Below are positions 30,672-41,849 of a stretch of DNA of 64,000 bases, one piece after another. The notes beneath the pieces were generated by a model, which was given only the letters and a program-made list of their open reading frames with translations, had not been told where the DNA came from and made no database searches. A program made the position numbers and the translations under genes. The stretch is from a virus. Its lineage: Duplodnaviria; Caudoviricetes. The DNA lies in the IMG/VR virus record IMGVR_UViG_3300031555_004524, positions 32,001 through 96,000 of that record; one strand, written 5' to 3'. How positions within the stretch are numbered: position 1 is the stretch's first letter; the number at the start of each line of letters is the position of its first letter.

Positions 30672-32633
30672 TTACCCCTCCATTATTTTTTTCATATAAG
30701 GTTCCATATCTATTTCTGGTGTTATTTTATGGAATAATATATATGGTTCGTTTGGATCTATTTTATGGAATAATTTAATTGGCCCTGGAGTTCCTTCAAA
30801 TTTATGGAATAATTTTCTTGGATCTCTATCAATATTGAAACTTGGCATTTGTATATATCTAAAATAATATTCAATATCATCTAAGATTTGTCTGAAGTTT
30901 GCATATCCCAACCACCTATGACAGAATAATATAATATTCTGAGAGGTTAAATCTTCTATATACGATCCTCCTCTATCATATTTTTCATTACCAAATGGAT
31001 TTTCATATATATGAACTTTTTCTGGAATAAGAATTTTTCCTATCTGGGTATTAGGTGCCATATTATGCTCCCTTGCAATGCTAGGATAAAGTGATTTAAA
31101 GTCAAAGTCTACCAAATTATCCATAATATTCAATATCTGACCTAGATTATTTATCTTAGAAAAGTCACTATTATTTCTAGGATCAGTTACAATTGCACCA
31201 GCAAATTTTTCATTCTTTGTATCTTCTTCTCCGTAATCATCATTAACTTTAGTTGTAGCTGAGTTTCTATTATATTTATTGACATTATTTCCTATAATAA
31301 ATCCTCTAGCTGCAAATTCTTTTGTAGCTCGATTTGCAAGGTATACGGTTTGTCTATGAGCCTTATCATATCTAGTATTATTCATGATGCATTTCCCACA
31401 TACATAGTTTATATCTTGCACTTCTTCCTCTATACAATTCTGAACAATTGTATCCATGATATTATAGAATACAAATGTTTTATAATCCAAGTATGGTAAT
31501 TTTGAGATATTTGTGGTTATATGGCTATAATTTAATTTTCTAACTTTTGCTATAATACTACCAGCTGTATCCAATTTAAAGTTTGGAAATGCAGCTTGAC
31601 CTTTTCTTCTTGATGCAAAATGAATTAACTGGTCTAAATATACAGTGTGTGATGATATAGTATATTTATCACCTCTTAATGAATATTCATTTTTATGCTC
31701 TTCATCTATAAAATATTTTGCAACTTTTTCATTAGGTTTAAATGATGGATGACACATTATATCCGCAGGATTATAACCCAATGCAATTAATCTTTCATAT
31801 AAATATGGAACGTCGAATGCCATATTCCAAGCTAATAAGAAATCTGGTTCTTCTGAATTTATAATATCAAATAAATCTCTTATTAATTCTATTTCATAAT
31901 CGTAAAAGAAAAATTCAAATTCTAATTTATCTATATTAAATTTCTTAGCCCTTTCAATTCCGCCTACATTATCAATTATAAAATCTTGTAACTCTTTAAA
32001 CATTTTATAGCTGATACCATCTTCAAATTCTTGAATTAATTTATTATATTTATTTCTCAATAGTAACGATCTTACCTTACCATTAAATATATAAGAAACT
32101 GCATTTACTGGACATTCTCCTAATTCTGGGAAATCTCCTTTCATATTGATAGTATCAACCTCGATATCGAAATATCCTTTAGTTATTACTGGAGTTTCAT
32201 TTTTATATAATTTATCAAATCTAAATCTATAATGGTCATTAATATCCATATCTGAATTAAATACATTTCTCAATGTATGTAATTGTTTATTCGCACCTCT
32301 ATTTCCAGATTGAATATTATTATAATAGAAATCTTCATTACCTGTCATTTCAGCTATTGTTTTTAATAATTTTGTATACTGAACTGCATGTTTATCTGTA
32401 TCTTTTTGTGGGATAAAAAATAAATTATGCCCAAGCTGTACATAATCTTTTGCAGTATAAAATTCATAATCGGGATTATATATAACTTGATGACTTTTCT
32501 TTCCAGTTATATTATTTTTATATAATATGGATATAAAATCATCCATATATTTTCCATTTTCATCTTTCTTTGGATATTGGTAAAAACAATCCAAAATAGA
32601 AATATCATCATTAGGTTGATATCCGTGTATCAT
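30672..32633 (-). CDS. Family-B DNA polymerase, N-terminal subunit (3'-5' exonuclease plus motif A)
   Basis: ExoI FDIEVD, ExoII WNMAFDVPYL, ExoIII YNIMD, motif A DFDFKSLYPSI. Confidence 0.88.
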   Translation of the reverse strand: MIHGYQPNDDISILDCFYQYPKKDENGKYMDDFISILYKNNITGKKSHQVIYNPDYEFYTAKDYVQLGHNLFFIPQKDTDKHAVQYTKLLKTIAEMTGNEDFYYNNIQSGNRGANKQLHTLRNVFNSDMDINDHYRFRFDKLYKNETPVITKGYFDIEVDTINMKGDFPELGECPVNAVSYIFNGKVRSLLLRNKYNKLIQEFEDGISYKMFKELQDFIIDNVGGIERAKKFNIDKLEFEFFFYDYEIELIRDLFDIINSEEPDFLLAWNMAFDVPYLYERLIALGYNPADIMCHPSFKPNEKVAKYFIDEEHKNEYSLRGDKYTISSHTVYLDQLIHFASRRKGQAAFPNFKLDTAGSIIAKVRKLNYSHITTNISKLPYLDYKTFVFYNIMDTIVQNCIEEEVQDINYVCGKCIMNNTRYDKAHRQTVYLANRATKEFAARGFIIGNNVNKYNRNSATTKVNDDYGEEDTKNEKFAGAIVTDPRNNSDFSKINNLGQILNIMDNLVDFDFKSLYPSIAREHNMAPNTQIGKILIPEKVHIYENPFGNEKYDRGGSYIEDLTSQNIILFCHRWLGYANFRQILDDIEYYFRYIQMPSFNIDRDPRKLFHKFEGTPGPIKLFHKIDPNEPYILFHKITPEIDMEPYMKKIMEG

Positions 32634-32746
32634 TCGTCTAATCTCCTCTCCTATGATTGATTTACGACTTTACTATGGTGTTTTTATCCTTGTTATTTCT
32701 TAAATTTTCTACATTAGGATAATGAAAGAAAGGAGCGATATTTATT

Positions 32747-33697
32747 ATGGCTGAATTGATAAGACTTATGACTCCAATAGTACCAGATGGTCAAGATGAG
32801 TCAAGAAGTATTGAATACACACCTATTAATTTTGATGCTTTAAATAAAAGCTCTATATGTAATAGGGATTTAAACGAAATGGATAACTCCCCAGCTAAAC
32901 GTAAAAAAGCATCTAATAAAATATCAGAAGTTACAACTTCTAGAAAAGAAAAAAAATCAAACGATGATGAACCATATTCTAAAAAATATGAAGAAACAAC
33001 TGCTCAATTAAAAACTGCAATCATGCAAGTTGATGCAGCATTAACAGATATTCATTCAGATATACAGCAGATTCGTTCATCTAAAACATTGAAACGTAAG
33101 TATGATTACTTATCAATGATGAATGGATCTATGGGTCAGTTTATTAATACTAAAGTAACAGCTTTACGAGAAATAAACAATACAATTACAAAATGTAATG
33201 AATTTGAACTTAAGAGAGCTAAAGAACTTAAAGCTGATCTTGCTAGTCAGGCCAATGATGATAAAGCATTGATGGATATGTACAATGCATTTATTAGTAT
33301 TCCTACTTCAGCAGGTATGCCTCTTGGTCCAAGTTTACAAAATATTACTAATAGCGGTGCTATAAACTCAGCAACTATTGTAACTAATAGAGAAAGCGGT
33401 GGAGATGCTGGATATGCAGATTATTTAAGTAGACTTAATCCTAGCCAAAGATTAATGTTATATGAAGATGATCCAGATGTACAGCAGGTAGTAATGTATG
33501 ATGAACAATCTGGTTCTAAATGGTTTGAAATCATGAATCTTAGAACAAGAGAAGTTATTGAAGGTGTAAACAAACATGATATGATGTTTATGGAAGATAC
33601 AACACTTGATTTAGATAATAATATTGCAAGAAATATTAATCTTGGTGAATCTTATCCTATAATTAGAGTAGGTAAATCAGTGATGAATTCTTATTAA
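32747..33697 (+). CDS. Hypothetical protein with coiled-coil core
   Basis: 316 aa; AGGAG SD; late-promoter variant at 32710. Confidence 0.7.
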   Translation: MAELIRLMTPIVPDGQDESRSIEYTPINFDALNKSSICNRDLNEMDNSPAKRKKASNKISEVTTSRKEKKSNDDEPYSKKYEETTAQLKTAIMQVDAALTDIHSDIQQIRSSKTLKRKYDYLSMMNGSMGQFINTKVTALREINNTITKCNEFELKRAKELKADLASQANDDKALMDMYNAFISIPTSAGMPLGPSLQNITNSGAINSATIVTNRESGGDAGYADYLSRLNPSQRLMLYEDDPDVQQVVMYDEQSGSKWFEIMNLRTREVIEGVNKHDMMFMEDTTLDLDNNIARNINLGESYPIIRVGKSVMNSY

Positions 33698-33717
33698 AAA
33701 AAATAAACCCGTATGCA

Positions 33718-36471
33718 TTAATTTGCATACGGGGTATTTGTTTGATCAGCATAGCTGAATATAATATTTCCTGCAGGTTTACTATTTCCAACTGGACTCA
33801 ATAATATTATATCTGCATTATCCATTACAGATTCTGTAGCATGTGAAACCATAATACACATTTCTACCTCCAATTCTCTCATAATTCGTTGTACGAGTGA
33901 TATGAAAATAGCTTTATTATCTTGATCTAATCCATGATCAATTTCATCTAATCTTAAAATATTATATTTTGTAGATCCTTGTTTTAATAAAGCGAATCCT
34001 AATATCATTGATATCATACATTTCTGAGAAGTAGAACATGAACTGATATCATCATTTGGTATTGGAGATTCCATACTGATACATGGTATTCTAAACTCTT
34101 TTTCATTAATGACATATTTACCTAACTGCAAAGATCCATCAAATAATGTTGCTAATAATTTATTCGATAAATCTAAAGTTTGTCCCATATATATTTCTAT
34201 GAATAAATTCTGTATACCATCTTTTGTTGGGGATGAGTATTTCTTTATAAGCTCACATAACTCATATTTGTTTTCATATATAGCCATCTCTTCTTTATAT
34301 TCCCTTAATCTTTCAGCAGAGAATCTTAATTTCTCTCTTTCATGTCTTAATGGAATTAATTCATGATTGATATTAGATAACTGTGATTGAATATGATTTA
34401 TTTGTTTTATTGACTCTTCTATACGAATCATATTACATGATATTGCTGATAATTGTTCATCTATAGAAGATTTCATTTCAAATAATTTATTTTTATCTTC
34501 AAATTTTTTCTTCATGTTTGTAATATATAAATGAATATCTTTTATCACGATATCATCTTTTTGAGCATCTAATAATTTTTCATTTTCATATTCTATTTTT
34601 TCTACAATTCCATTCATCTTTCTATTCATATCTTGAATATCATTTTGAATTTCATCTATTATAGAATTTTTACTTTCAAATATTTTATATTCAGATTCCA
34701 ATTGAGATAAAGTTTCTTTATCATGTTTATATAATTCAAATATATTCACCTTATCAATATGAGAATATAATTCATGAATTTCGCTAAAAGTACTACCTTG
34801 AATAAGTCTAGTGAGAAATTCATCTAAATTACTATAGATATACCCATTAGGTAATTTCTTTAATATATTCTGATTGCTTTGAATATTTCTAATAATAATC
34901 TGAATATTTGAAGATATGTTAGCTATAACTCTTAACTGTTTAAGTTTTTCTTCATATCTAATTTTAAGACCTCTATTAGACTCAAGCGATTCAGTTAATG
35001 TAATTTCTTCTAATTCATCATAATCACTCTTAGCCTCCAATGCATCTTTAATAAAACTACATGTATTAATTGTACAGGTTTCAGGTCTATCGTTTAAAAT
35101 AGATATCCTCTTTGTCAATCCAGCTAAATATTGCAGTCTTGACTCCATAGATATCATATCTTCTGTAATTCTGCGCAGATCTGATTCAACTTCTTGTATA
35201 AGATCTATAATGCTCACATTTTCAGAAATATATCTAACTGCAGTTTCTACTTCATTATCATAATGATATGATCTTAAAATATCAACCTGTTCTTTAATAT
35301 CTTTTAAAACATTTAATCCACTAACGAATTCATCTTTTGTCAAAGCAGACGATGGACTAATTCCCATCTCTTTAAACATAGATTCATATTTAATAATATT
35401 ATTTTTCAGTCTCTTTATTTCAATTTCTAATGTCTTATAATTATACTCAGATTTTAAAGCATTTAATTTCTCCACTTTATTTTGTATAGATCGTGCTTCT
35501 TCTTCTCTAGAACTAATAAGCGATTCTATTTTTTGTTGTTGTAAAATTATAATATGCATATTATCATTAATTAACTTTTCATACGTCTTTTCTAATTCTA
35601 AACAACTTTCATAATCGGATATGGTTACTGTTTCAGCCGATGCTATATTTTTTGTTAAAAATAAATCTAATGTCTCTATTTGCTTCATGATAGAAGCTTT
35701 CTGATCCAATAGTTGTAAATATTTTGATTGAATCTGCCCATCTGGATCTGATAATTTAACCATAGATTCAGCTTCTGCTAATAATTTTTCTAATCTAGTT
35801 TTCTCATTTTCCAGATATTCCAATCTCTGGTCAGCTGCAGTTAATGATGAATTTAAATGCTCTTCATTGCCAATTGTATCAATTTTAGCACTTATAGAAT
35901 TTTTCATAGATTTAAATGCAGATGAACGTTTATTCATAGTTTTACATATAATATTATACGCTTCAGTTTTATCTGTTACATTTCCAACATATTTTTTTCT
36001 TTCAGCTGGAGTCTTATCAACTATCCCTCTATTTTCTACAGACATATGAGAAAGCGAAACAAAAGCTGCATCTAGTTTAAACTCTAGATGCAAAATTTCT
36101 TTATATGAACTAATATTACCATTACTATTTAATTCTATAACTTCCCCATTAATAATCTTTTTCAGATATGCTTTAGTTGTCTGTCTATCTCCATTTTTAT
36201 TCACAGGATAAATTATTTGAATCTGATACATAGTTCCATCCTGCATGATATATGTCAGTTCTTTCATACCTTCTTCTTTAGGTAAGAAATTAGATGCTGG
36301 ATCTGGCATTGGATGAAGGGCATCCATTATAGTAGACTTACCAGAACCATTCTTTCCAATAATTAATACTAAATCGTGTTTACATTTAGTGAAATCGATA
36401 GTGATGTCATGCAATCCAGATGCTCTACATACACCAATTAAACCTTTTAATCTTGCATTAATAAGTTTCAT
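33718..36471 (-). CDS. SbcC/Rad50-like SMC ATPase
   Basis: GKNGSGKST, long coiled coils, central C-x4-C hook-like site, CSTSQ signature, LRLDEIDHGLD Walker B/D-loop, SH. Confidence 0.88.
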   Translation of the reverse strand: MKLINARLKGLIGVCRASGLHDITIDFTKCKHDLVLIIGKNGSGKSTIMDALHPMPDPASNFLPKEEGMKELTYIMQDGTMYQIQIIYPVNKNGDRQTTKAYLKKIINGEVIELNSNGNISSYKEILHLEFKLDAAFVSLSHMSVENRGIVDKTPAERKKYVGNVTDKTEAYNIICKTMNKRSSAFKSMKNSISAKIDTIGNEEHLNSSLTAADQRLEYLENEKTRLEKLLAEAESMVKLSDPDGQIQSKYLQLLDQKASIMKQIETLDLFLTKNIASAETVTISDYESCLELEKTYEKLINDNMHIIILQQQKIESLISSREEEARSIQNKVEKLNALKSEYNYKTLEIEIKRLKNNIIKYESMFKEMGISPSSALTKDEFVSGLNVLKDIKEQVDILRSYHYDNEVETAVRYISENVSIIDLIQEVESDLRRITEDMISMESRLQYLAGLTKRISILNDRPETCTINTCSFIKDALEAKSDYDELEEITLTESLESNRGLKIRYEEKLKQLRVIANISSNIQIIIRNIQSNQNILKKLPNGYIYSNLDEFLTRLIQGSTFSEIHELYSHIDKVNIFELYKHDKETLSQLESEYKIFESKNSIIDEIQNDIQDMNRKMNGIVEKIEYENEKLLDAQKDDIVIKDIHLYITNMKKKFEDKNKLFEMKSSIDEQLSAISCNMIRIEESIKQINHIQSQLSNINHELIPLRHEREKLRFSAERLREYKEEMAIYENKYELCELIKKYSSPTKDGIQNLFIEIYMGQTLDLSNKLLATLFDGSLQLGKYVINEKEFRIPCISMESPIPNDDISSCSTSQKCMISMILGFALLKQGSTKYNILRLDEIDHGLDQDNKAIFISLVQRIMRELEVEMCIMVSHATESVMDNADIILLSPVGNSKPAGNIIFSYADQTNTPYAN

Positions 36472-36677
36472 ATATTCGATTTCCTTTCTAAAATATATTT
36501 TATTAGTACGTTTTTTGATACGTAAAAAATAAAAAAGACGAAAAATCTCTGGTGCTTCCTAATGAAACACCAGAAACCTTTCATACATTTTACATTTAAG
36601 AGGAACTACTCTATAAACGATCTCTCTAAAACATCGTTTATTCAATGTATTTTAGTGGACAACAAAAACACATTACT

Positions 36678-36980
36678 CTATAGTTCTATCTTTTTCTGCT
36701 TTGGTTTATCATAACCGCGCATAAAATCATTCCACATATTTTCCGTCAATGGTTTAGGTATAGTTCTATCATTACCACACCATTTGATAGGAAATATAGT
36801 ATGACATCTTTTGCATTGAAAATGCGATAATCGTTTTGATTGTAATTTATGAAACGAATTCGAATTTAATAATGATGAATAATATACTGGATTATTATAC
36901 ATATCGTATAATTCAAGAGAAAAGGATCTATTACATATAGGGCATGTATCTTCTCTAATCTTATGAAACAATCTCTTCAT
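36678..36980 (-). CDS. Zn-ribbon protein A
   Basis: CPIC...CKRC; N-terminal KRLFHKI. Confidence 0.7.
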   Translation of the reverse strand: MKRLFHKIREDTCPICNRSFSLELYDMYNNPVYYSSLLNSNSFHKLQSKRLSHFQCKRCHTIFPIKWCGNDRTIPKPLTENMWNDFMRGYDKPKQKKIEL

Positions 36981-37734
36981 CGTCTTCTCCCTTTTTCTTA
37001 GTTTGACTGTATATTTCTGTAAGCATATCTTTTTCAGATGCTATATAGCTATAATCCAATAAATGAATAATATCTGTACTTTCTAATAAATCCATATACA
37101 ATTCAACATGTTTCATCTGATAATTTAATCCTATTTTCTTTAACCTATTAAGAATAACTTCTTTTAATTCTTTCTTTGTTAAAGTAACATTCATGAATGT
37201 ATCCATCATCCATTTAACGTATATAATATCAGGAGCATGAATATCTGTTTGAATAGCTGGAATATATGTGTAATCTGCATTTCTAGGGAAAGATATATAT
37301 CCAAAATTATCTGTTCTAGAAATATGACCAACTATTTTATACATTTCATCAGCTAAATATTCCACATTATTTAAATTCTGTTGAATAGATAATGGTACAA
37401 TAACTACAGCGGTTAGTTTCCCATCATATATAAATTTACCACAAATTATTGTTTCTGCTAATTTATAGTCATTTTCTTCTTCTAATTCAGAATAATCAAA
37501 TACGATAATCATAGCCTGTCTATTTGGATTGAATAATGGTGTTTTAATAACACGCTTATATCGTTTCATATCTTCAAATGAAGAATATCTATAATATAAT
37601 TGTAGCATTGCAGATAATTCTACTGTTAAATCTGGCATAGTCATAAAAGATGATGCTGTTAAAATAGATTTAATAGGCATGAATATCCCCTGCAGTGCAG
37701 TATAAATTTCACTATACATAATTTTACTCCTCAT
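36961..37734 (-). CDS. Hypothetical protein
   Basis: 257 aa, coupled to neighbours. Confidence 0.65.
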   Translation of the reverse strand: MRSKIMYSEIYTALQGIFMPIKSILTASSFMTMPDLTVELSAMLQLYYRYSSFEDMKRYKRVIKTPLFNPNRQAMIIVFDYSELEEENDYKLAETIICGKFIYDGKLTAVVIVPLSIQQNLNNVEYLADEMYKIVGHISRTDNFGYISFPRNADYTYIPAIQTDIHAPDIIYVKWMMDTFMNVTLTKKELKEVILNRLKKIGLNYQMKHVELYMDLLESTDIIHLLDYSYIASEKDMLTEIYSQTKKKGEDDEEIVS

Positions 37735-38563
37735 TTCTATCTATTATTGTAACTTTATGAACAGGTTCTTTATCAGATACTAGCCCAAATACTCGTATAG
37801 ATTCATCAATTATTTTTTCTAGTACGTTATGATACCCATTTCCAACTTTACAAGTTACATATTGAGATACTATATTATTATCTTGACCGTATTTTTGTAT
37901 TCTTATTGCTATATGCAATCCACCAAACACAAAAACTGGTTCGATATCAATATGTTGCCAATAGTGCGAATCTCCGGTGGATAGTTCCACCTTACTATCA
38001 ACCTCTATTCTCAACATTTGAGATGATTGTTTATTTTTTATTTTGTTCAATTCTTCTTCTATAATATAATAGAATATTAATTTAAACGCATTATTACCAT
38101 GATAAGTTTCAGCTGAATAGTTCGCCTCATTGTATAAATTATGGTAATATTGAGATATTGACATCTGATTGTCTATATTACTATTTATAGTAACTTTAGG
38201 AACATAATCAAATGCCAATTCTGATATTTTCCCAGATTTTTCTAATGCATCTAATAACGAATTATACTGATTCTCATGTACAGAACGAGTTCTACTACAT
38301 AAAAGATTAACGTCAGAATCAAGATGTTTCGATATAATTCCAGTTTCATCTAAAAACTCAGAAGGATAGATATGGGCCATACATACACCCATATCCATAT
38401 CTTCTCCTATTGAAACTAATACTATTCTTGTACAATCTATACACAATGCAGTCAATCCTATCAACATTTCTCCTAAATGAATATTGCAGGAACTATTAAC
38501 TGCCATTGATAATTCATAATACATTAAACTTTCAATAATTTTTTCTTTTAAAGTATTAGTCAT
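37724..38563 (-). CDS. Hypothetical protein
   Basis: 279 aa with GAGG SD. Confidence 0.65.
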   Translation of the reverse strand: MTNTLKEKIIESLMYYELSMAVNSSCNIHLGEMLIGLTALCIDCTRIVLVSIGEDMDMGVCMAHIYPSEFLDETGIISKHLDSDVNLLCSRTRSVHENQYNSLLDALEKSGKISELAFDYVPKVTINSNIDNQMSISQYYHNLYNEANYSAETYHGNNAFKLIFYYIIEEELNKIKNKQSSQMLRIEVDSKVELSTGDSHYWQHIDIEPVFVFGGLHIAIRIQKYGQDNNIVSQYVTCKVGNGYHNVLEKIIDESIRVFGLVSDKEPVHKVTIIDRNEE

Positions 38564-38581
38564 ATATTAACCTCACCACTA

Positions 38582-38854
38582 TTAAAGTTGAAAAGGATTA
38601 TATTCTTTTAACTCTCTTTTTATTTTTGGTAGTGAACTTTTTATACACCAATTTTCACCATGTTTTTCGGCATCATATATAGCATTACATTTACTACATG
38701 CTAAACTAGCTTGATAATGAGAATCAGTAACCTTTCTTTTACTACCCATTGGAGTTAAAGAATATGTAGATATATCTAATTCTACTAATTCTAAATCACC
38801 TAAACAGATAGGACATTGATTAGGTTTTAATTTTGTAAATAATCTTTTGCCCAT
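38582..38854 (-). CDS. Zn-ribbon protein B (paralog-like to A)
   Basis: CPIC...CSKC; N-terminal KRLFTKL. Confidence 0.7.
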   Translation of the reverse strand: MGKRLFTKLKPNQCPICLGDLELVELDISTYSLTPMGSKRKVTDSHYQASLACSKCNAIYDAEKHGENWCIKSSLPKIKRELKEYNPFQL

Positions 38855-38860
38855 ATCTCG

Positions 38861-39148
38861 CTACCTCGCTTGTACTTTCCATATACTTTGACTTGATGTA
38901 TATTTCATATCACTCAAATATCCTTTTGCTACTATAATTGCATCTCCATTCATAGTATCAATTGATGTCTTTGATATTTGGGTATATTTTTTATAGTTCC
39001 CATTAACCCATACTTCTCCAGGAATGTACTTCTTACCTACACGATTATTCACTTCGATAAGCATTTTTTCCTGGGAAGCTGAGTATAAGAAATATCTATA
39101 TTCTTTAGATTTATCTCTATCTGCCACTGTTGCCATCTTTGATTTCAT
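38861..39148 (-). CDS. Hypothetical basic protein
   Basis: 95 aa with AGGAG SD. Confidence 0.6.
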   Translation of the reverse strand: MKSKMATVADRDKSKEYRYFLYSASQEKMLIEVNNRVGKKYIPGEVWVNGNYKKYTQISKTSIDTMNGDAIIVAKGYLSDMKYTSSQSIWKVQAR

Positions 39149-39168
39149 CTCCTTAAATTATTATAGAT

Positions 39169-40965
39169 TTAATCAGATGTCATATCAGTATGTTCTATTT
39201 TGTGAAACAGTGGTATCAGTCTACGATTTTCAGAATCACATTTCTGAATAGTTCCCATCATAGATGCAGTTAGATTTAATGAATCATTTATAGCTGCAGC
39301 TCTTGATTCATCAACTGGAATTCCAACATTTCTTCTAAGCATCAGTGACTGTTGGATACCCATGAGATCTCTATATTCTTGCAACATAGAATCTGTTTCT
39401 TCTCTCCAAGTATTAGGTTCTGATACATCAGAAAATGATCCGTCATATAATTCAGCCATAGGACAAAGCATTCCTGTTAAGCCTGGATCACTTGTAGAAA
39501 CAGCGTTTAAATCCAATCTTCCAATATGTGAAGGATGAACTTGTCTATATTGTCTTGGAATGCTAGATGCACTTTCACCTAACCCAGATACACCTTTATA
39601 CGTGAATTTAAGAGATGAAAATACATCTAAATCATTCACCATACCAGTACAGTTAATAAGAGAGTCTCTAGTCATAGCTTTTATTAAGAAATCTGGATAG
39701 GTGTTCAATACTCTTACAATTGATTTTAGAGTAACTTTATTCCCCTTATCAGATATTCTTAAAATACCTCGAACTATCTTCATGCCATATAACATTGCTA
39801 TATATTCAGCATCTCTTATTCGTTTCATAGAGATATCAAGATTATCTTTTACTCGTAATGCTGAGAATTCTCTCAATACCCAAGTTAATACATCATAGAT
39901 ATCTTTCTTCTGATCATCTGGTAAATGTAAATGTTCCTGTGCAGAAATATCGTATATATTTTCTAAAGATTCGAGAATAGATAAACCTTTATCAACACTT
40001 TTATTTCCAAATGATGCACCTAAGCTTTCTAACCAGAATTCTTTAGTATAAATATCATCAAGTATATAATCTTTTGAATTAACTGCTACACAAATTGTAT
40101 AGAATAATGATTGAGCTGCTAAATCTCTATCAAATACAAATTTTGGCATTGCTATATAAATATTATGACGTTTAACTACATACATACTTGGGTCTTCTGG
40201 ATCTTTATCATATAAATATAAATATGGAATATTTAATTTATCTTTAGTTCCATATAACCCATAATGTGCTAACAAATATTTCATAGCAGGAACTGATTTG
40301 CTGAAAATATTTGACTGATAGAATACCCCTGTTAATTGTGAGCCATCAGTACATTTAATCTTTAATTCTTTAGAATCTTCGATATTGTATCTATAGAATC
40401 TAGATGCCATAAACATCAATTTCAATGCTACCATTCTAGCCTTAGAGCTAGATGTACTATTATTATAGGTAGTTTCAATAATCTGACCTGTGCTGGTATA
40501 ATAGTTTCCATAAAGTTTATAATAATATTTATTAACAACCCTAGGAACTTCGATATATACTTTTAAAATATCAGATGTTTTTGTTTCATCTTTAGCATCT
40601 GGATCTGGATTGCTTTCATTATGAACTGCAATGAAGTACTCCACTACCAATAATTTTATATCAGATTCTTTAAGAGAAATATAATCATACACATTCTCTT
40701 CTGTAGGTTTCTTTCGTAATCGTTCTTTTTCATATTGATGAAGAATTTTGTGAATTTCTTCATACGATTCAATAACTGTAAAGTTGAGTACTTGTATAGT
40801 AAATACTCTATTTCTTTGACAAGCCAAGATAACTTTCTTGAGCTCTTCTATAATATAATCTTCACTTTTAGTGATCAATTGTCTATTGAATTGCTCTCTA
40901 TGTTTATCATTATATTCTCTGATAAACTCTCTTTGATTCTTATACATCTTGGTCATTACCTCCAA
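39169..40965 (-). CDS. Multisubunit RNAP beta N-terminal subunit (probably non-virion)
   Basis: FTYKGVSGLG..RQVHPSHIGRLDL..STSDPGL matches RpoB LGPGGL..RDVHPSHYGRICP..PEG..GL. Confidence 0.8.
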   Translation of the reverse strand: MEVMTKMYKNQREFIREYNDKHREQFNRQLITKSEDYIIEELKKVILACQRNRVFTIQVLNFTVIESYEEIHKILHQYEKERLRKKPTEENVYDYISLKESDIKLLVVEYFIAVHNESNPDPDAKDETKTSDILKVYIEVPRVVNKYYYKLYGNYYTSTGQIIETTYNNSTSSSKARMVALKLMFMASRFYRYNIEDSKELKIKCTDGSQLTGVFYQSNIFSKSVPAMKYLLAHYGLYGTKDKLNIPYLYLYDKDPEDPSMYVVKRHNIYIAMPKFVFDRDLAAQSLFYTICVAVNSKDYILDDIYTKEFWLESLGASFGNKSVDKGLSILESLENIYDISAQEHLHLPDDQKKDIYDVLTWVLREFSALRVKDNLDISMKRIRDAEYIAMLYGMKIVRGILRISDKGNKVTLKSIVRVLNTYPDFLIKAMTRDSLINCTGMVNDLDVFSSLKFTYKGVSGLGESASSIPRQYRQVHPSHIGRLDLNAVSTSDPGLTGMLCPMAELYDGSFSDVSEPNTWREETDSMLQEYRDLMGIQQSLMLRRNVGIPVDESRAAAINDSLNLTASMMGTIQKCDSENRRLIPLFHKIEHTDMTSD

Positions 40966-41131
40966 ATTGTTTCGTTATTGCTTCCTTATATGAAGCAATT
41001 GCCGCATCTGCAAGTTTTTGAATAGAACTGCCAGCTTTAATAAAAGATTTAGTGACAGTTTCTCTAAAATGTTGTGCAGCTTTTATATGCTTTGATGGCT
41101 CATATTTATCATTCATCATATGAGTCTCCAT
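40940..41131 (-). CDS. Small hypothetical protein
   Basis: 63 aa, overlapping both neighbours on the same strand. Confidence 0.4.
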   Translation of the reverse strand: METHMMNDKYEPSKHIKAAQHFRETVTKSFIKAGSSIQKLADAAIASYKEAITKQFGGNDQDV

Positions 41132-41819
41132 CTACAACTCCAGTTAAATCAACTGTAATTGTTGTCCCCATAGGATTAGGCACATCTGGACTTTCATCTG
41201 TCAATGTTAATGTAGCTTTAATATCTAAAGCATTGCATACTCTCTCTAACATTTGAATTGATATTCTATCCTTATGAAGTAATCGTTTATCATTTGGATA
41301 ATTAGGACCAAATCTAGGTTCATATTTATCCAAATCAATATGCTTTGCAATAACTGCTTCTTTTAAAGCACGTATTGCTGCGCTATCATCTGGGCCTATC
41401 ATAGGTTTAAATATACTATTAGCACTTGTTAATATTTCATATTCAATATTTCTAACAGCTTCTTGTTTCTCAAGTAATTCTCCAATATCTTTACTACGAG
41501 ATAAATCTATTGCTTTTGACATATGATATTCAGAATTTACTGGATCTTCTGGCATAGAAATTTTATGAAATAAATCTCCTAATATTATACCATGATTTCT
41601 TCTATCATTAGAACTAATAATTGGAAGTGCAACACCATCCACTTCAATAGCAGTTTGATTTTGAATATATGCATCTTTATTATTCATATAATCACTCAAA
41701 TCTACTACATCGTATAATTTCTCATTTATGTTTATTTTAATCATATCCATGTTACTCATATTTTCACCTATTCTATAAAAAATACCAAAAATTAAACCTG
41801 TGTGCCGATAAAGACACAC
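41109..41819 (-). CDS. Putative XRE-like HTH DNA-binding protein (likely start MSNMD near 41759)
   Basis: C-terminal ISIQMLERVCNALDIKATL resembles XRE HTH helices; contains DLFHKI. Confidence 0.55.
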   Translation of the reverse strand: MCLYRHTGLIFGIFYRIGENMSNMDMIKININEKLYDVVDLSDYMNNKDAYIQNQTAIEVDGVALPIISSNDRRNHGIILGDLFHKISMPEDPVNSEYHMSKAIDLSRSKDIGELLEKQEAVRNIEYEILTSANSIFKPMIGPDDSAAIRALKEAVIAKHIDLDKYEPRFGPNYPNDKRLLHKDRISIQMLERVCNALDIKATLTLTDESPDVPNPMGTTITVDLTGVVDGDSYDE

Positions 41820-41849
41820 AGGATAATTCTTTACTTTTTGAAAATTCTA

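Noticed and set aside
30720-30820. DNA-level repeat TTATTCCATAAA as a regulatory or CRISPR-like repeat
   Set aside because: It is explained by tandem coding of LFHK; other copies use different codons.
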